From: a virus
Length of the DNA: 64,000 bases
Reading direction: 5' to 3' (one strand)
Virus record (IMG/VR): IMGVR_UViG_3300021171_000007
Coordinates: 15,612-79,611 of that record
Shown here: positions 55,151 to 64,000 of the stretch, piece by piece
Position numbering within the stretch: the first letter of the stretch is position 1
How the letters are laid out: every line of letters starts with the position of its first letter
Notes under the pieces: model-generated
What the model was told of the DNA's origin: nothing
Database searches by the model: none
The model's input: only the letters and a program-made list of their open reading frames with translations
Program-made: the position numbers and the translations under genes

Positions 55151-56392
55151 TTATAGCTCCGCTGTCAGAATTGCACTATTAGCTGAAAAAACTGCTTGCC
55201 CTGCTGCTGTTGCATTTGCATAAATACCAACTGATCCCTGAGATGGACCACTAGCAATGGCTATACCACTTGCATTAACATAGGTTAGTCCAGCAAATGT
55301 AATAGTAGGTGGTGCTCGCATTCGTGCTGGAAATATTATAGATTGACCAAAACTCTGGCTTGCATTGGAATAAGCACCAAACCATAGTATCGTACTATTA
55401 GAAAAATATCGTTGACAATCTAACATAATTTTGGATAAAGTTTGTTGATTAAATGGAGTTGCTACAGAACCAATTTCCAATTTGACACCAGTAATAAAAA
55501 AGTTATTTGGAGCTGAAAATACATTAACTGTACCATTTGCACCATTATAAGTTGCACTTGCCCAAGCATTTGCTGGACCTCGTTGACCTGATCCAGAACC
55601 CATATCAAAAATAACATACATAGCGCCAACTGTACCATTTATTGGCCATACTGCTGAACCACCGGTATCGCCAGGTATAGTGATACTAATTTTTGTCCAT
55701 GTTTGCGCTGTTGGAATAGAGAAAGTGAATGGATAAGAACGATAAGGAGTAGCATAGCTTTGTAAGCAACCTCCAAATGTCCCTATTACAGGATTTGAAT
55801 AAACCCAAAAAGATAACGTGACTGGCTTTGCACCAGGTGTACCAAAAGCAAAATCAGAAATTAAATCAGCTTCGATAGGTTGTCCAAAACCATATGTTTC
55901 TGTAGCTGGAATTGTATAAGCTGCTAGGGAAGTATATCTAAAACAATATCCAAAACCAGTTGCTGCCAAATCAGATGCAGCACTAAGCGCACGTCCAGCT
56001 GTAGCTTTGCCAGTTGTAGATGCCCAAGTATTCCATCTATCAATAATATACCCACCAACTACAGCAACACTTCCACCATTATTTCTTTGGTCAACACTCA
56101 TAGCTCCATTAATAATTCTATTATCATTCATCGCTACTGGCAAAGCAGCTACAGCATTGTTTTGAAGTACATTTTGTGTATCAACGTAATTTTTGGTTGC
56201 TGCGCCCATAAGAACTGCTGGGTCGGCAGCAAGAATTAATGGACCTGTTAATGTGCCACCAGATATTGGCAAAAATGGGCCGCTGAGAGTTGCGCTCATT
56301 TGCCATTTGGCACCGTCCCATACCCAGGTTAAATTACCAACGGTATAGGTTTGACCAACAGTAGGTGATGCAGGAAAATCAAGCATTGCCAT
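55151..56392 (-). CDS. Tail fibre/receptor-binding protein, paralogue 2
   Basis: Same modules; ends LTAEL. Confidence 0.75.
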   Translation of the reverse strand: MAMLDFPASPTVGQTYTVGNLTWVWDGAKWQMSATLSGPFLPISGGTLTGPLILAADPAVLMGAATKNYVDTQNVLQNNAVAALPVAMNDNRIINGAMSVDQRNNGGSVAVVGGYIIDRWNTWASTTGKATAGRALSAASDLAATGFGYCFRYTSLAAYTIPATETYGFGQPIEADLISDFAFGTPGAKPVTLSFWVYSNPVIGTFGGCLQSYATPYRSYPFTFSIPTAQTWTKISITIPGDTGGSAVWPINGTVGAMYVIFDMGSGSGQRGPANAWASATYNGANGTVNVFSAPNNFFITGVKLEIGSVATPFNQQTLSKIMLDCQRYFSNSTILWFGAYSNASQSFGQSIIFPARMRAPPTITFAGLTYVNASGIAIASGPSQGSVGIYANATAAGQAVFSANSAILTAEL

Positions 56393-56420
56393 TATCGCGC
56401 TGCCTTTAAAAATCTATACA

Positions 56421-56867
56421 TTATGTTGATGAACCAAGATCCTCAAGAACTGCTTGCCAAGCATACTTTGATTCTGTACCATTTACTCCGCACAACGTAT
56501 AATCTGGAGAAGCACCTGGAGGTGGACTAGGATATGGAGTAAATAGAACTACCAATTCTTGATGTCCACCAAGGATACTGGCAACGATTTCAATTGAACC
56601 GCTAGGTGAAAATATAGAATTTAATCCTTGTACCTTGCCAAAATTAGGCACAGGAACAATAAGACCAAGTGCCTTAATTGAGGCATTAATGCTAATACCA
56701 GTGTTGGTAGTATCCTGTATAATACTACCAGTTACACTAAGTCTAACCAGACGAGGTCCTGGATCTAAACTGGCTGGAAATTTAAAAAGTTCTGTATCCA
56801 CATTATTAGGAGCGAATAGATCATTGGGTAACCTGATCCATGCTACAGTTTTAATTGTACCTGGCAT
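56421..56867 (-). CDS. Hypothetical protein in the tail module
   Basis: AAGGAG SD; beta-rich. Confidence 0.6.
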   Translation of the reverse strand: MPGTIKTVAWIRLPNDLFAPNNVDTELFKFPASLDPGPRLVRLSVTGSIIQDTTNTGISINASIKALGLIVPVPNFGKVQGLNSIFSPSGSIEIVASILGGHQELVVLFTPYPSPPPGASPDYTLCGVNGTESKYAWQAVLEDLGSST

Positions 56868-56879
56868 TTTTGTTCTCCT

Positions 56880-58445
56880 TTATCTTGCTTCGAGTTCAGA
56901 AACGCGCGCTGCTAATTCCTTAACAGCATTAATGAGAGCAAAAGTTAAATCTGACGCATTTAAATGGCGAAAATCATTCACTTCTACACCATCGATAAAA
57001 CCAGATTTTTTACTTATTATACCAGGAAAAGATATTTCTGCTTCTTGAGCGACTAATCCAACAAAGGATCGTCTTTCCTTAGCAAAATGATAATGCATTG
57101 AGGTTGGATAAGGTGCTTCTGTCACTAATTTTTCAGCAGGAATAGGCGCATCCGGATTTTCTGGATCAATATCTTCAACGCGAAGTGCACTCTTATTCGC
57201 GGTTGGCGTATCATTACCTTTATAGATATAGTTCACAGGTCTAAGTTGAATAATTTCCTCAAGTCCAATTGTGTAATCACTTTCAATTGTTTTAATGCGA
57301 TCATCGGATAATATAGTCCAAGTAGTTAAACCGGCTTGATAGCCATGTCCAACTTGAAGAAGCATATTAGCCCCGCTTTGAGGGCTGAGGCTAATATTGG
57401 CACCAACGCCTATGTTGGAACTGTAAGGTGGACAAGTGAGGTAAGAGTATGATCCACCATCCCAATAAACTTGACCACCACCATTTCCAAATGATCCAAC
57501 ACCACCCCAAGTAAAAGCACCAGTAACACTAGCACTTTGGCCAACACCAAGTGTGCCATTAATAGTTGCATAGCTAATAGTTGCAGTACCAGATATAGTT
57601 GCATTGCTAGTGACACTAAGACTTCCACTAACAGTAACTGGTTGACTACTCGTAGGATTAAGATTAATTCCACCACCAACTAATAATCCAATATTAGAAC
57701 CACTATATTGATCAGATAAAGTTGTAGCACCAGTAGAAACATTAAAATAAAATGCTGTACGATTGGTAGAACCATCTGTAAGCCAAATAACTGGATTAGG
57801 TCCACCTGCCGCGCCAGGAGAAATAACAATTTGTCCACCAGGAATACTTACAGCACCATTTAGAGAAAGTGCTCCGGTTACTGTGCCACCTGCTAATGGC
57901 AAATAACTAGCAAGTGATGTTTGTGCCGCTCGTGATGTGTCTGTTGGATGTCTATGATCTGCTCGTGCCCAAGTTGTTCCTGTACCAATAGCCGCTGTTC
58001 CATCCATTAGCGGCGTTGTAGATGATGCAACAGGAACGCTGGTAGTTAACGCATAAGGCGCAAGTGAAGTTGTCCAATCCGTAATATCTGTATGAGTAAG
58101 ATGTACCCAACCTCCAGTATTGCGGCCATAAGTGGAACTATCTTGTGGCGCATCACCAATTCCTGCACCAGCATTAACTACAACAACCCATTGAGATGAA
58201 TTACCATCATTATAATAAACATAAAGTTGTCCAACAGCACTATTAAACCATAATGCTCCGGCTACTGGATTAATGGGAGGATTATCACTAACTGTGATTG
58301 AGGCACCACCTCCACCAGGAGTGCCTCCACCTCCACCAGTAAGAGCAGACATATACCATTTAACACCGTCCCAAACCCAAGTCACGCCAGCGGCTGTGAA
58401 GGACGAACCTACGACCGGATTTGAAGGAAAATCAATAGCGGCCAA
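56880..58445 (-). CDS. Tail fibre with C-terminal intramolecular chaperone (peptidase S74-like)
   Basis: SDDRIKT...LRPVNY...GLVAQE...LINAVKEL. Confidence 0.85.
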   Translation of the reverse strand: MAAIDFPSNPVVGSSFTAAGVTWVWDGVKWYMSALTGGGGGTPGGGGASITVSDNPPINPVAGALWFNSAVGQLYVYYNDGNSSQWVVVVNAGAGIGDAPQDSSTYGRNTGGWVHLTHTDITDWTTSLAPYALTTSVPVASSTTPLMDGTAAIGTGTTWARADHRHPTDTSRAAQTSLASYLPLAGGTVTGALSLNGAVSIPGGQIVISPGAAGGPNPVIWLTDGSTNRTAFYFNVSTGATTLSDQYSGSNIGLLVGGGINLNPTSSQPVTVSGSLSVTSNATISGTATISYATINGTLGVGQSASVTGAFTWGGVGSFGNGGGQVYWDGGSYSYLTCPPYSSNIGVGANISLSPQSGANMLLQVGHGYQAGLTTWTILSDDRIKTIESDYTIGLEEIIQLRPVNYIYKGNDTPTANKSALRVEDIDPENPDAPIPAEKLVTEAPYPTSMHYHFAKERRSFVGLVAQEAEISFPGIISKKSGFIDGVEVNDFRHLNASDLTFALINAVKELAARVSELEAR

Positions 58446-58447
58446 GA

Positions 58448-60160
58448 TTATAACTCCGCATTCAAAAGAATACTGCCTTGTCCAAAACCATAACCTGCCG
58501 CAGTTATGACGGATCCCATTTGTAATCCATTAACTGATTGAGGAGTAATGGAAAATCCACTCGCATTATTATAACTTATACCAGAAGGAGTTGCTGTTGG
58601 AACGGCTCGCATGGGTACTAAAAATGGTGACCAAGCCCAAACATTTTGGCCAGCAGTATTATATCCTGCTACAACTACTCCTTGAAGTGTACTGTAATAT
58701 CTTTGACAATCGGCTATATTCTTTTGTATAGATTGTCTTTGAAATTGTGTAGCAGTATTGCCAATTTCTAGCTTAACACCAGTAACATAGAAATTGGCTG
58801 CATTAACTGAAACAATACTAACTGTTCCTGTAGCACCAGTATAATTGGCTGATGCCCAATTATTAGGAGGACCACGATAATTTGCACCGGAACCTAGATC
58901 AAAAGTTACTACTAATGAACCAGCAACACCTGTCATTACCCAAGTACCAGCTGTGTCGCCTGGAATTACAATAGTAATTTTAGTCCAAATATTTGCAACT
59001 AACGCATAAGAAAATGGATATGATCTTGTACCAGCATAGTTACGAATGGTTCCACCATAAGTTCCAGATATACTTCCAAAAGCCCAAAAAGATAATGTTG
59101 CAGGTTGAGCTTGAGCTGTACCCCAAGCAAAATCATTAACCATATATCCTTCAATAGATTGATAAAAACCAAACCAATCAGTAGCTAATAATGCGTATGC
59201 AGATGATGAAGTAAAAGCAAGAGAATAATAAAATTGAGTTAACGCAGTTCCACTAGCAGTTTGTCCCCATGTACCTTTAGTCAATTGTGTACCACTATAA
59301 GCCCATCTATCAACAGTATAACCTGAAGCAGTACCACTAGAACCGTTATGACGTTGATCAATAGTCATATCACCATTAATAATGCGATTTGCAGCAACTA
59401 CAGATTTATTATCAACATACTCCTTTGTTGCAGCTTGAAATGGTGTAGTCGGATCAGCAGCAAGCGCAAGTGGTGTGCTAAGTGTTATAGCACCAGTTGC
59501 ACGATTAATATTCAATATTTGCTTTGCTACACCTGTATCACCATATGCAATTATATTGAAATTAGATCCTGCATCAGAACCACTTTCGGCAGTTCCATCG
59601 CCAAGTTGCAATTGCCAACGTGGCGCCGCAAGTGTATTTCCAAAATAACCACGTACTGTACCTGCTGCGCCACTGATTGCTAATGCACCAGTTAATGTAC
59701 CGCCTGTTAATGATAAATAAGTTCCTCCAAAACCTTGATTAACAACTGTAACCCATTGTGCTGAATTACCATCATTATACCAAACATAAAGTTGACCTCC
59801 TACATCATCCCACCATAGTGCTCCTTGCACTGGACTAGGAGGTGGAGTAGTGCCAACGGAAATTCCTACACTTCCTGCGGATGATGAAGAAATTACACCA
59901 TTAGTTATAGTGATACTTACTCCATCAACTTTAACGCCACCAAGTATAGTTGTTGATGCAACTGGTAGCTGATAAGGAGAAAATGCTACACCATTAATAT
60001 AAAAACCACTTGTATTAATAGTTCCAGGACCAGTATCGCCTCCTGGTACATTTGCTGGAACTAGAACACAGCCACTATAAGAAATGGTTCCACCAATAGA
60101 GACCCAAGGCGTTTGTGGACCGCCAGGACCGCCAGCAAATTCAGAAGTAATGTCCATCAA
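58448..60160 (-). CDS. Tail fibre/receptor-binding protein, paralogue 3
   Basis: LGGVKVDG, GALWWD..GQLYV and NRIING...CQRYY...LNAEL. Confidence 0.75.
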   Translation of the reverse strand: MMDITSEFAGGPGGPQTPWVSIGGTISYSGCVLVPANVPGGDTGPGTINTSGFYINGVAFSPYQLPVASTTILGGVKVDGVSITITNGVISSSSAGSVGISVGTTPPPSPVQGALWWDDVGGQLYVWYNDGNSAQWVTVVNQGFGGTYLSLTGGTLTGALAISGAAGTVRGYFGNTLAAPRWQLQLGDGTAESGSDAGSNFNIIAYGDTGVAKQILNINRATGAITLSTPLALAADPTTPFQAATKEYVDNKSVVAANRIINGDMTIDQRHNGSSGTASGYTVDRWAYSGTQLTKGTWGQTASGTALTQFYYSLAFTSSSAYALLATDWFGFYQSIEGYMVNDFAWGTAQAQPATLSFWAFGSISGTYGGTIRNYAGTRSYPFSYALVANIWTKITIVIPGDTAGTWVMTGVAGSLVVTFDLGSGANYRGPPNNWASANYTGATGTVSIVSVNAANFYVTGVKLEIGNTATQFQRQSIQKNIADCQRYYSTLQGVVVAGYNTAGQNVWAWSPFLVPMRAVPTATPSGISYNNASGFSITPQSVNGLQMGSVITAAGYGFGQGSILLNAEL

Positions 60161-60167
60161 TTAACCC

Positions 60168-60452
60168 CTATACCCATTGTACAGAAACAAATTGATGACT
60201 AGGAAATGTACTTGCTACTGATACTGGCAAAGTAGATCCAGGTATAGCATAAAAAGGTTGACCAGGAGCAAGTGCTAATGTTGTACCATTAGCACTTATC
60301 GAAGCTGGACCTGTCGGATCAACAAATAAATTTCCAGGAGCACTAGCTGGATTTAATATATAACCACCTGACAAATTTGCAGCAAGTGCATTGACAGGAT
60401 TACCAGGAGTAGCCGGAGTTTGTTTAGCTAAACCAGCTGTAGGAGTTGCCAT
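60168..60452 (-). CDS. Small structural protein
   Basis: Paralogous to the N-terminus of 61727-62854. Confidence 0.6.
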   Translation of the reverse strand: MATPTAGLAKQTPATPGNPVNALAANLSGGYILNPASAPGNLFVDPTGPASISANGTTLALAPGQPFYAIPGSTLPVSVASTFPSHQFVSVQWV

Positions 60453-60460
60453 TTTCTATC

Positions 60461-60691
60461 CTAATACATGTCTAATGGATCGTATTCTCGTATCTTGCCA
60501 TAAGCTCCAGAAATGGCTTTGGCATAGGCTATTCTGCCATATAGTTTCTTATCATATGGACTAGCAAAAAATGGTATAAATTCATTTTCAATTATCCCTG
60601 TTAATTTAATAGCTCCAGTATGTTCTGGATTGCAATAACGAGGATTATGAAGAGTTGCTATCATTTCTTTTATTTGAGATTCAACTAGCAT
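60461..60691 (-). CDS. Tail fibre assembly-like protein
   Basis: NPRY...IPFFASPYD...GAYGKI. Confidence 0.6.
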   Translation of the reverse strand: MLVESQIKEMIATLHNPRYCNPEHTGAIKLTGIIENEFIPFFASPYDKKLYGRIAYAKAISGAYGKIREYDPLDMY

Positions 60692-61722
60692 TATGCTACT
60701 CTTTGATAATATTGGAGTAGAGTATTACTACCTGGTACAGGATCAAATGAAACAGTTTGACCTACCATCAACCAAGAACCGCCATAATCTGCCATTTGTC
60801 TACCAGTAAAGGAGGCTGTACCTTGGCCTGCTTGACCACCAGGAATTACAAGATACCAAGATCCTGGTTGTCCATAGGCACTAAATATACCAGCCGGTCC
60901 CTGTGGGCCAGGAGGGCCTGGAGGGCCACCCGGGCCTTGTGGACCAGGAGAGCCTTGTGGACCGGCAGGCCCAGGAGGGCCTCCACCACCTACTGGACCT
61001 GCTATACCTTGAGTTCCTTGCGGTCCTTGAGGACCACCCGGACCCATAGGACCAACCGGACCTGTTAAACCTTCTGGTCCAGACGGGCCAGAAGGACCGG
61101 CTGGACCACCACCTGCCGTAGGATGAATAGGAATCAAGAAAGAGTTATTTGAATATATAAACTGCATCACCAGACCTTCAATTAAGGTCCCTGGTGCAAG
61201 TGCTGATCCATCAAGATTATAAACTGGATGTTGTCCATAACCATCAAAATTAGCAACACAAGTACCATTATTTGTGTTAGCAATCATAATATCATATTGC
61301 GCACCTTGAACATAAGATAATGGTTGTGGAAATGTACTAGCAACAATAGAATTAACAGTTCCAGTATCATTTCCGTTATGAATTAAACTAGCATCATTCA
61401 ATTCTGATGATTGCATCATTGCTGACATTGCACCAGCAGTATGCAAATGAGCAAATATATCTCCTGTATTCCAACTTAATGGCTGTGTTCCTTCTTGAGC
61501 ACGAACTATAGTTGCTGTATCATTTGTAATGTTTGTAACATGAACAATCTCTCTTACTGTTCCAGTTAGTTGATCTATCATAGTTGCAATAAATTGTTGA
61601 TTATTAGCAGGTTGAGGAAATAGTACACCTGATCCTTGCGCTAGGTTGACTGTATTGCTAGTTGGAGTAATAGCCCCAGCCAGAGTTGAACTTACATTAT
61701 TTCCAAAGATTAAGGTTGTCAT
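60691..61722 (-). CDS. Baseplate-proximal tail fibre with collagen repeats
   Basis: EIVHVT...VRAQEGT; long Gly-X-Y run. Confidence 0.75.
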   Translation of the reverse strand: MTTLIFGNNVSSTLAGAITPTSNTVNLAQGSGVLFPQPANNQQFIATMIDQLTGTVREIVHVTNITNDTATIVRAQEGTQPLSWNTGDIFAHLHTAGAMSAMMQSSELNDASLIHNGNDTGTVNSIVASTFPQPLSYVQGAQYDIMIANTNNGTCVANFDGYGQHPVYNLDGSALAPGTLIEGLVMQFIYSNNSFLIPIHPTAGGGPAGPSGPSGPEGLTGPVGPMGPGGPQGPQGTQGIAGPVGGGGPPGPAGPQGSPGPQGPGGPPGPPGPQGPAGIFSAYGQPGSWYLVIPGGQAGQGTASFTGRQMADYGGSWLMVGQTVSFDPVPGSNTLLQYYQRVA

Positions 61723-61726
61723 ATTT

Positions 61727-62854
61727 TTATCCTATTACCACTTTCCAAGTAAATTGGAAGGGTAGTTCGAGCACGCCAGAAGCAACACATTGAGAAAATT
61801 CTAACATATTTGGTAATCTAGGCAAAGACTGATATGTTGAATCTAACTCATTATATCGCATAGTATTATATTTGAAGTTATTAGCGTTATATAAAGTACC
61901 ACCTGTTACAGTTCTAATACCCAAAACAAATCTAATTGTAACTTCATAATTAGGACCAAATGTAACACTTATTTGATATGTTTGGTCTATGTTAGGCTGA
62001 GTACCATTTTCACCATATAAAAATTTAGCTACTCTCTTTTTAAGCCACGGAATAGTGAAATATTTTCCTTCCCGTTTAGAAATATGCCATGTCAATATAC
62101 GTCTAAAGATATCATCATTAGTCTTTGCAATTTGATCCGGAAATAATAAATCCCAATATTCATATTCTTGAGTATTATACATCCCAGTATTATATGGACC
62201 TAATGTTTTGTACTCCCCAGATATAAGACTGGGGCGCGACATACCATAAAGACCTTGCGCTACCCAATCTAGCAGCGCACCAGAAACAGGATCTTTGGTA
62301 TAAATCGGTAAATTAAGACCATTAAATGTGTCAGTTATATCCTGCTGCATTGAATTATATGCAGCAACAAACGCTTGTAGATCATCATCATCCGAGTATT
62401 CTTGATATAAATAAGATTGAATAGAAACTAATACGCCAGTAGGACCAACAGGTGGAAATGTACCAAGTTTATAAGCTGCATCCAATCTTTCTTGAGAAGG
62501 TGGAGCAAGCCCTTCTTGATAAAGTTGAACTGCTGTAAATTTATGTCCAGATGCTTTAGAATTTACCCAAATACCAGTAGGTACATTCGGTGGTAAAGAA
62601 TAAAAACCTCCAGGTGGAATTGCTACAGTTGTTGCAGTTTCAAAAGTCTTTGCTGGACCTGTTGGATCAACATAAAGAGTATGAAGTTTCGTTAAACCCT
62701 GATCTTGAACACTGTATGGATTAATAATATAACCACCAATAGCATCAGCGCCAGCAACTGTAATACTTTGCCCAGCAACTGCAACTATCGTGTTGAGACC
62801 ACGTATCGGTATAACGGGCGCTATTGGCCCTAATATTGGTTGCCATTGCTTCAT
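61727..62854 (-). CDS. Baseplate wedge protein (DUF2612-like)
   Basis: [29 protein letters not shown] and [10 protein letters not shown]. Confidence 0.7.
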   Translation of the reverse strand: MKQWQPILGPIAPVIPIRGLNTIVAVAGQSITVAGADAIGGYIINPYSVQDQGLTKLHTLYVDPTGPAKTFETATTVAIPPGGFYSLPPNVPTGIWVNSKASGHKFTAVQLYQEGLAPPSQERLDAAYKLGTFPPVGPTGVLVSIQSYLYQEYSDDDDLQAFVAAYNSMQQDITDTFNGLNLPIYTKDPVSGALLDWVAQGLYGMSRPSLISGEYKTLGPYNTGMYNTQEYEYWDLLFPDQIAKTNDDIFRRILTWHISKREGKYFTIPWLKKRVAKFLYGENGTQPNIDQTYQISVTFGPNYEVTIRFVLGIRTVTGGTLYNANNFKYNTMRYNELDSTYQSLPRLPNMLEFSQCVASGVLELPFQFTWKVVIG

Positions 62855-64000
62855 GGTGTTAATTGATTCACAAATACATTACTAGCAGTGGTATAGAAAT
62901 AGCTATTCGGATCTCCATAAATAACACCAGTACCTGGCACTGGCTCTTGAGTAGCATTATTCCAAGATACAGTAAAATTAATCACGGTTAAATTTTCGGA
63001 TGGAAGAATATCAGCTATAGCATCTACGAATATGGCTTGCATATCATATATATTAATTGGTGTTATTCCAACATAAAGACTATTCACATAATTAATTAGC
63101 GCAGGAACAGCAGCTTGTGAAATAGCAGAAGAAGATACATAATTTGGAGAATCAGTATCCCAAACTAGAACTATAGTAACCAATTGTTGAGCCGGTAATA
63201 GAAATGGAATAAGATAGCTGTCTGGAAAGCTATTCAAATAAATCTCTTGAAGAATAGGATTTGGAGTAATTATGCCATTACCGCCATATAGCGGCATAGG
63301 TATTCCGTTTACTGGATTAGAGAAAACTGGAGGAGGGGTAGGAACCCCAGGAATAGGTTCACTGATAACACAATTATTATATATAGCAAGAGTTCTTGGA
63401 TCAAGAACGTCAACATAATATTTTTGTTCATTTAATATTGACATACCGCCTGTAATACCAGAAATTGTTTCCTGCATACCAGCAACCAAATTATGATTTG
63501 CTACTGTACTTATCAAAATAGGATTAGTATTTGTCATATTAAAAATTTGGATAGGTGTACGTTCTAATGTTTGAATATCAAATAAAGCATAATAAATAGC
63601 CCAAGCTACTTGATAAGGATCTCCGCCACCACAAAGAACTATCCAACGTCCTGTATCAAGATTTTGTCGAACTGATACGAGGCGCTGCACCACTCCGGGA
63701 ATATTCCAAAGCAACGTCTTTAAGTAACGATCCATTCCAGTTGTTGCAGCAAGACCTGCTGTCAACGTTCTTGTTCTAAATGAAGTTACATCTTCTGTTC
63801 CAATAGAAGGAATACCATCAGTAGGATTAATAACCGATAAACCAATATTTGGAGGAACAGATGTGACTATAGTATTTACGCTACCAGCAGGAACAGCCCA
63901 AGTTCCAGATAAAGTAGCAACAGCATGAATAGGAAGTGATTGGCCACTAACTCCTATCACACCTCCATCTATACAGATATATTGATAACTTTGATCACTT
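62851..64000 (-). CDS. Baseplate J-like protein (5' end outside window)
   Basis: GTWAVPAGSVNTIVTS, EDVTSFRTR and GGGDPYQVA. Confidence 0.75.
   Translation of the reverse strand, partial: SDQSYQYICIDGGVIGVSGQSLPIHAVATLSGTWAVPAGSVNTIVTSVPPNIGLSVINPTDGIPSIGTEDVTSFRTRTLTAGLAATTGMDRYLKTLLWNIPGVVQRLVSVRQNLDTGRWIVLCGGGDPYQVAWAIYYALFDIQTLERTPIQIFNMTNTNPILISTVANHNLVAGMQETISGITGGMSILNEQKYYVDVLDPRTLAIYNNCVISEPIPGVPTPPPVFSNPVNGIPMPLYGGNGIITPNPILQEIYLNSFPDSYLIPFLLPAQQLVTIVLVWDTDSPNYVSSSAISQAAVPALINYVNSLYVGITPINIYDMQAIFVDAIADILPSENLTVINFTVSWNNATQEPVPGTGVIYGDPNSYFYTTASNVFVNQLTP

Noticed and set aside
53556-60160. Diversity-generating retroelement or invertible fibre locus
   Set aside because: No reverse transcriptase or invertase, no near-identical template/variable repeat pair, and all genes on one strand.

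Overview
Most of the genome of an AT-rich tailed phage with myovirus-type baseplate genes. The host is probably an alphaproteobacterium (Rhizobiales-like), inferred from TGC-TAnnnT RpoD-type promoters, a PEPxxWA-CTERM gene, a DUF3309 gene and proteins ending in AAE. Virion genes are on the minus strand at both window ends: terminase, portal, head maturation and capsid at 1-7.5 kb; baseplate, fibres and lysis at 52-64 kb. Between them are many small plus-strand early genes and a PB1-like replication/nucleotide module (ATP ligase, ThyX-like, DnaQ, DnaE, SNF2 helicase, separate primase and SF3 helicase). Two signals stand out. (1) Six covarying type II hammerhead ribozymes sit between stop codon and next ribosome-binding site along one early operon (20.6-24.65 kb), so the mRNA is predicted to cut itself into gene cassettes. 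(2) The trinucleotides YCA/TGR are absent from a 763-nt gene island (13262-14024) and from most host-type promoters but packed into neighbouring non-coding patches, which suggests a context-specific DNA modification or recognition system. Other oddities: a D-arm-less tRNA/tmRNA-like RNA, several structured intergenic RNAs, a NusG paralogue facing a structured late leader, a displaced TerS sharing a peptide with the primase, and a DLF tail on many proteins. All family assignments are from motif recognition by eye; no searches were run.
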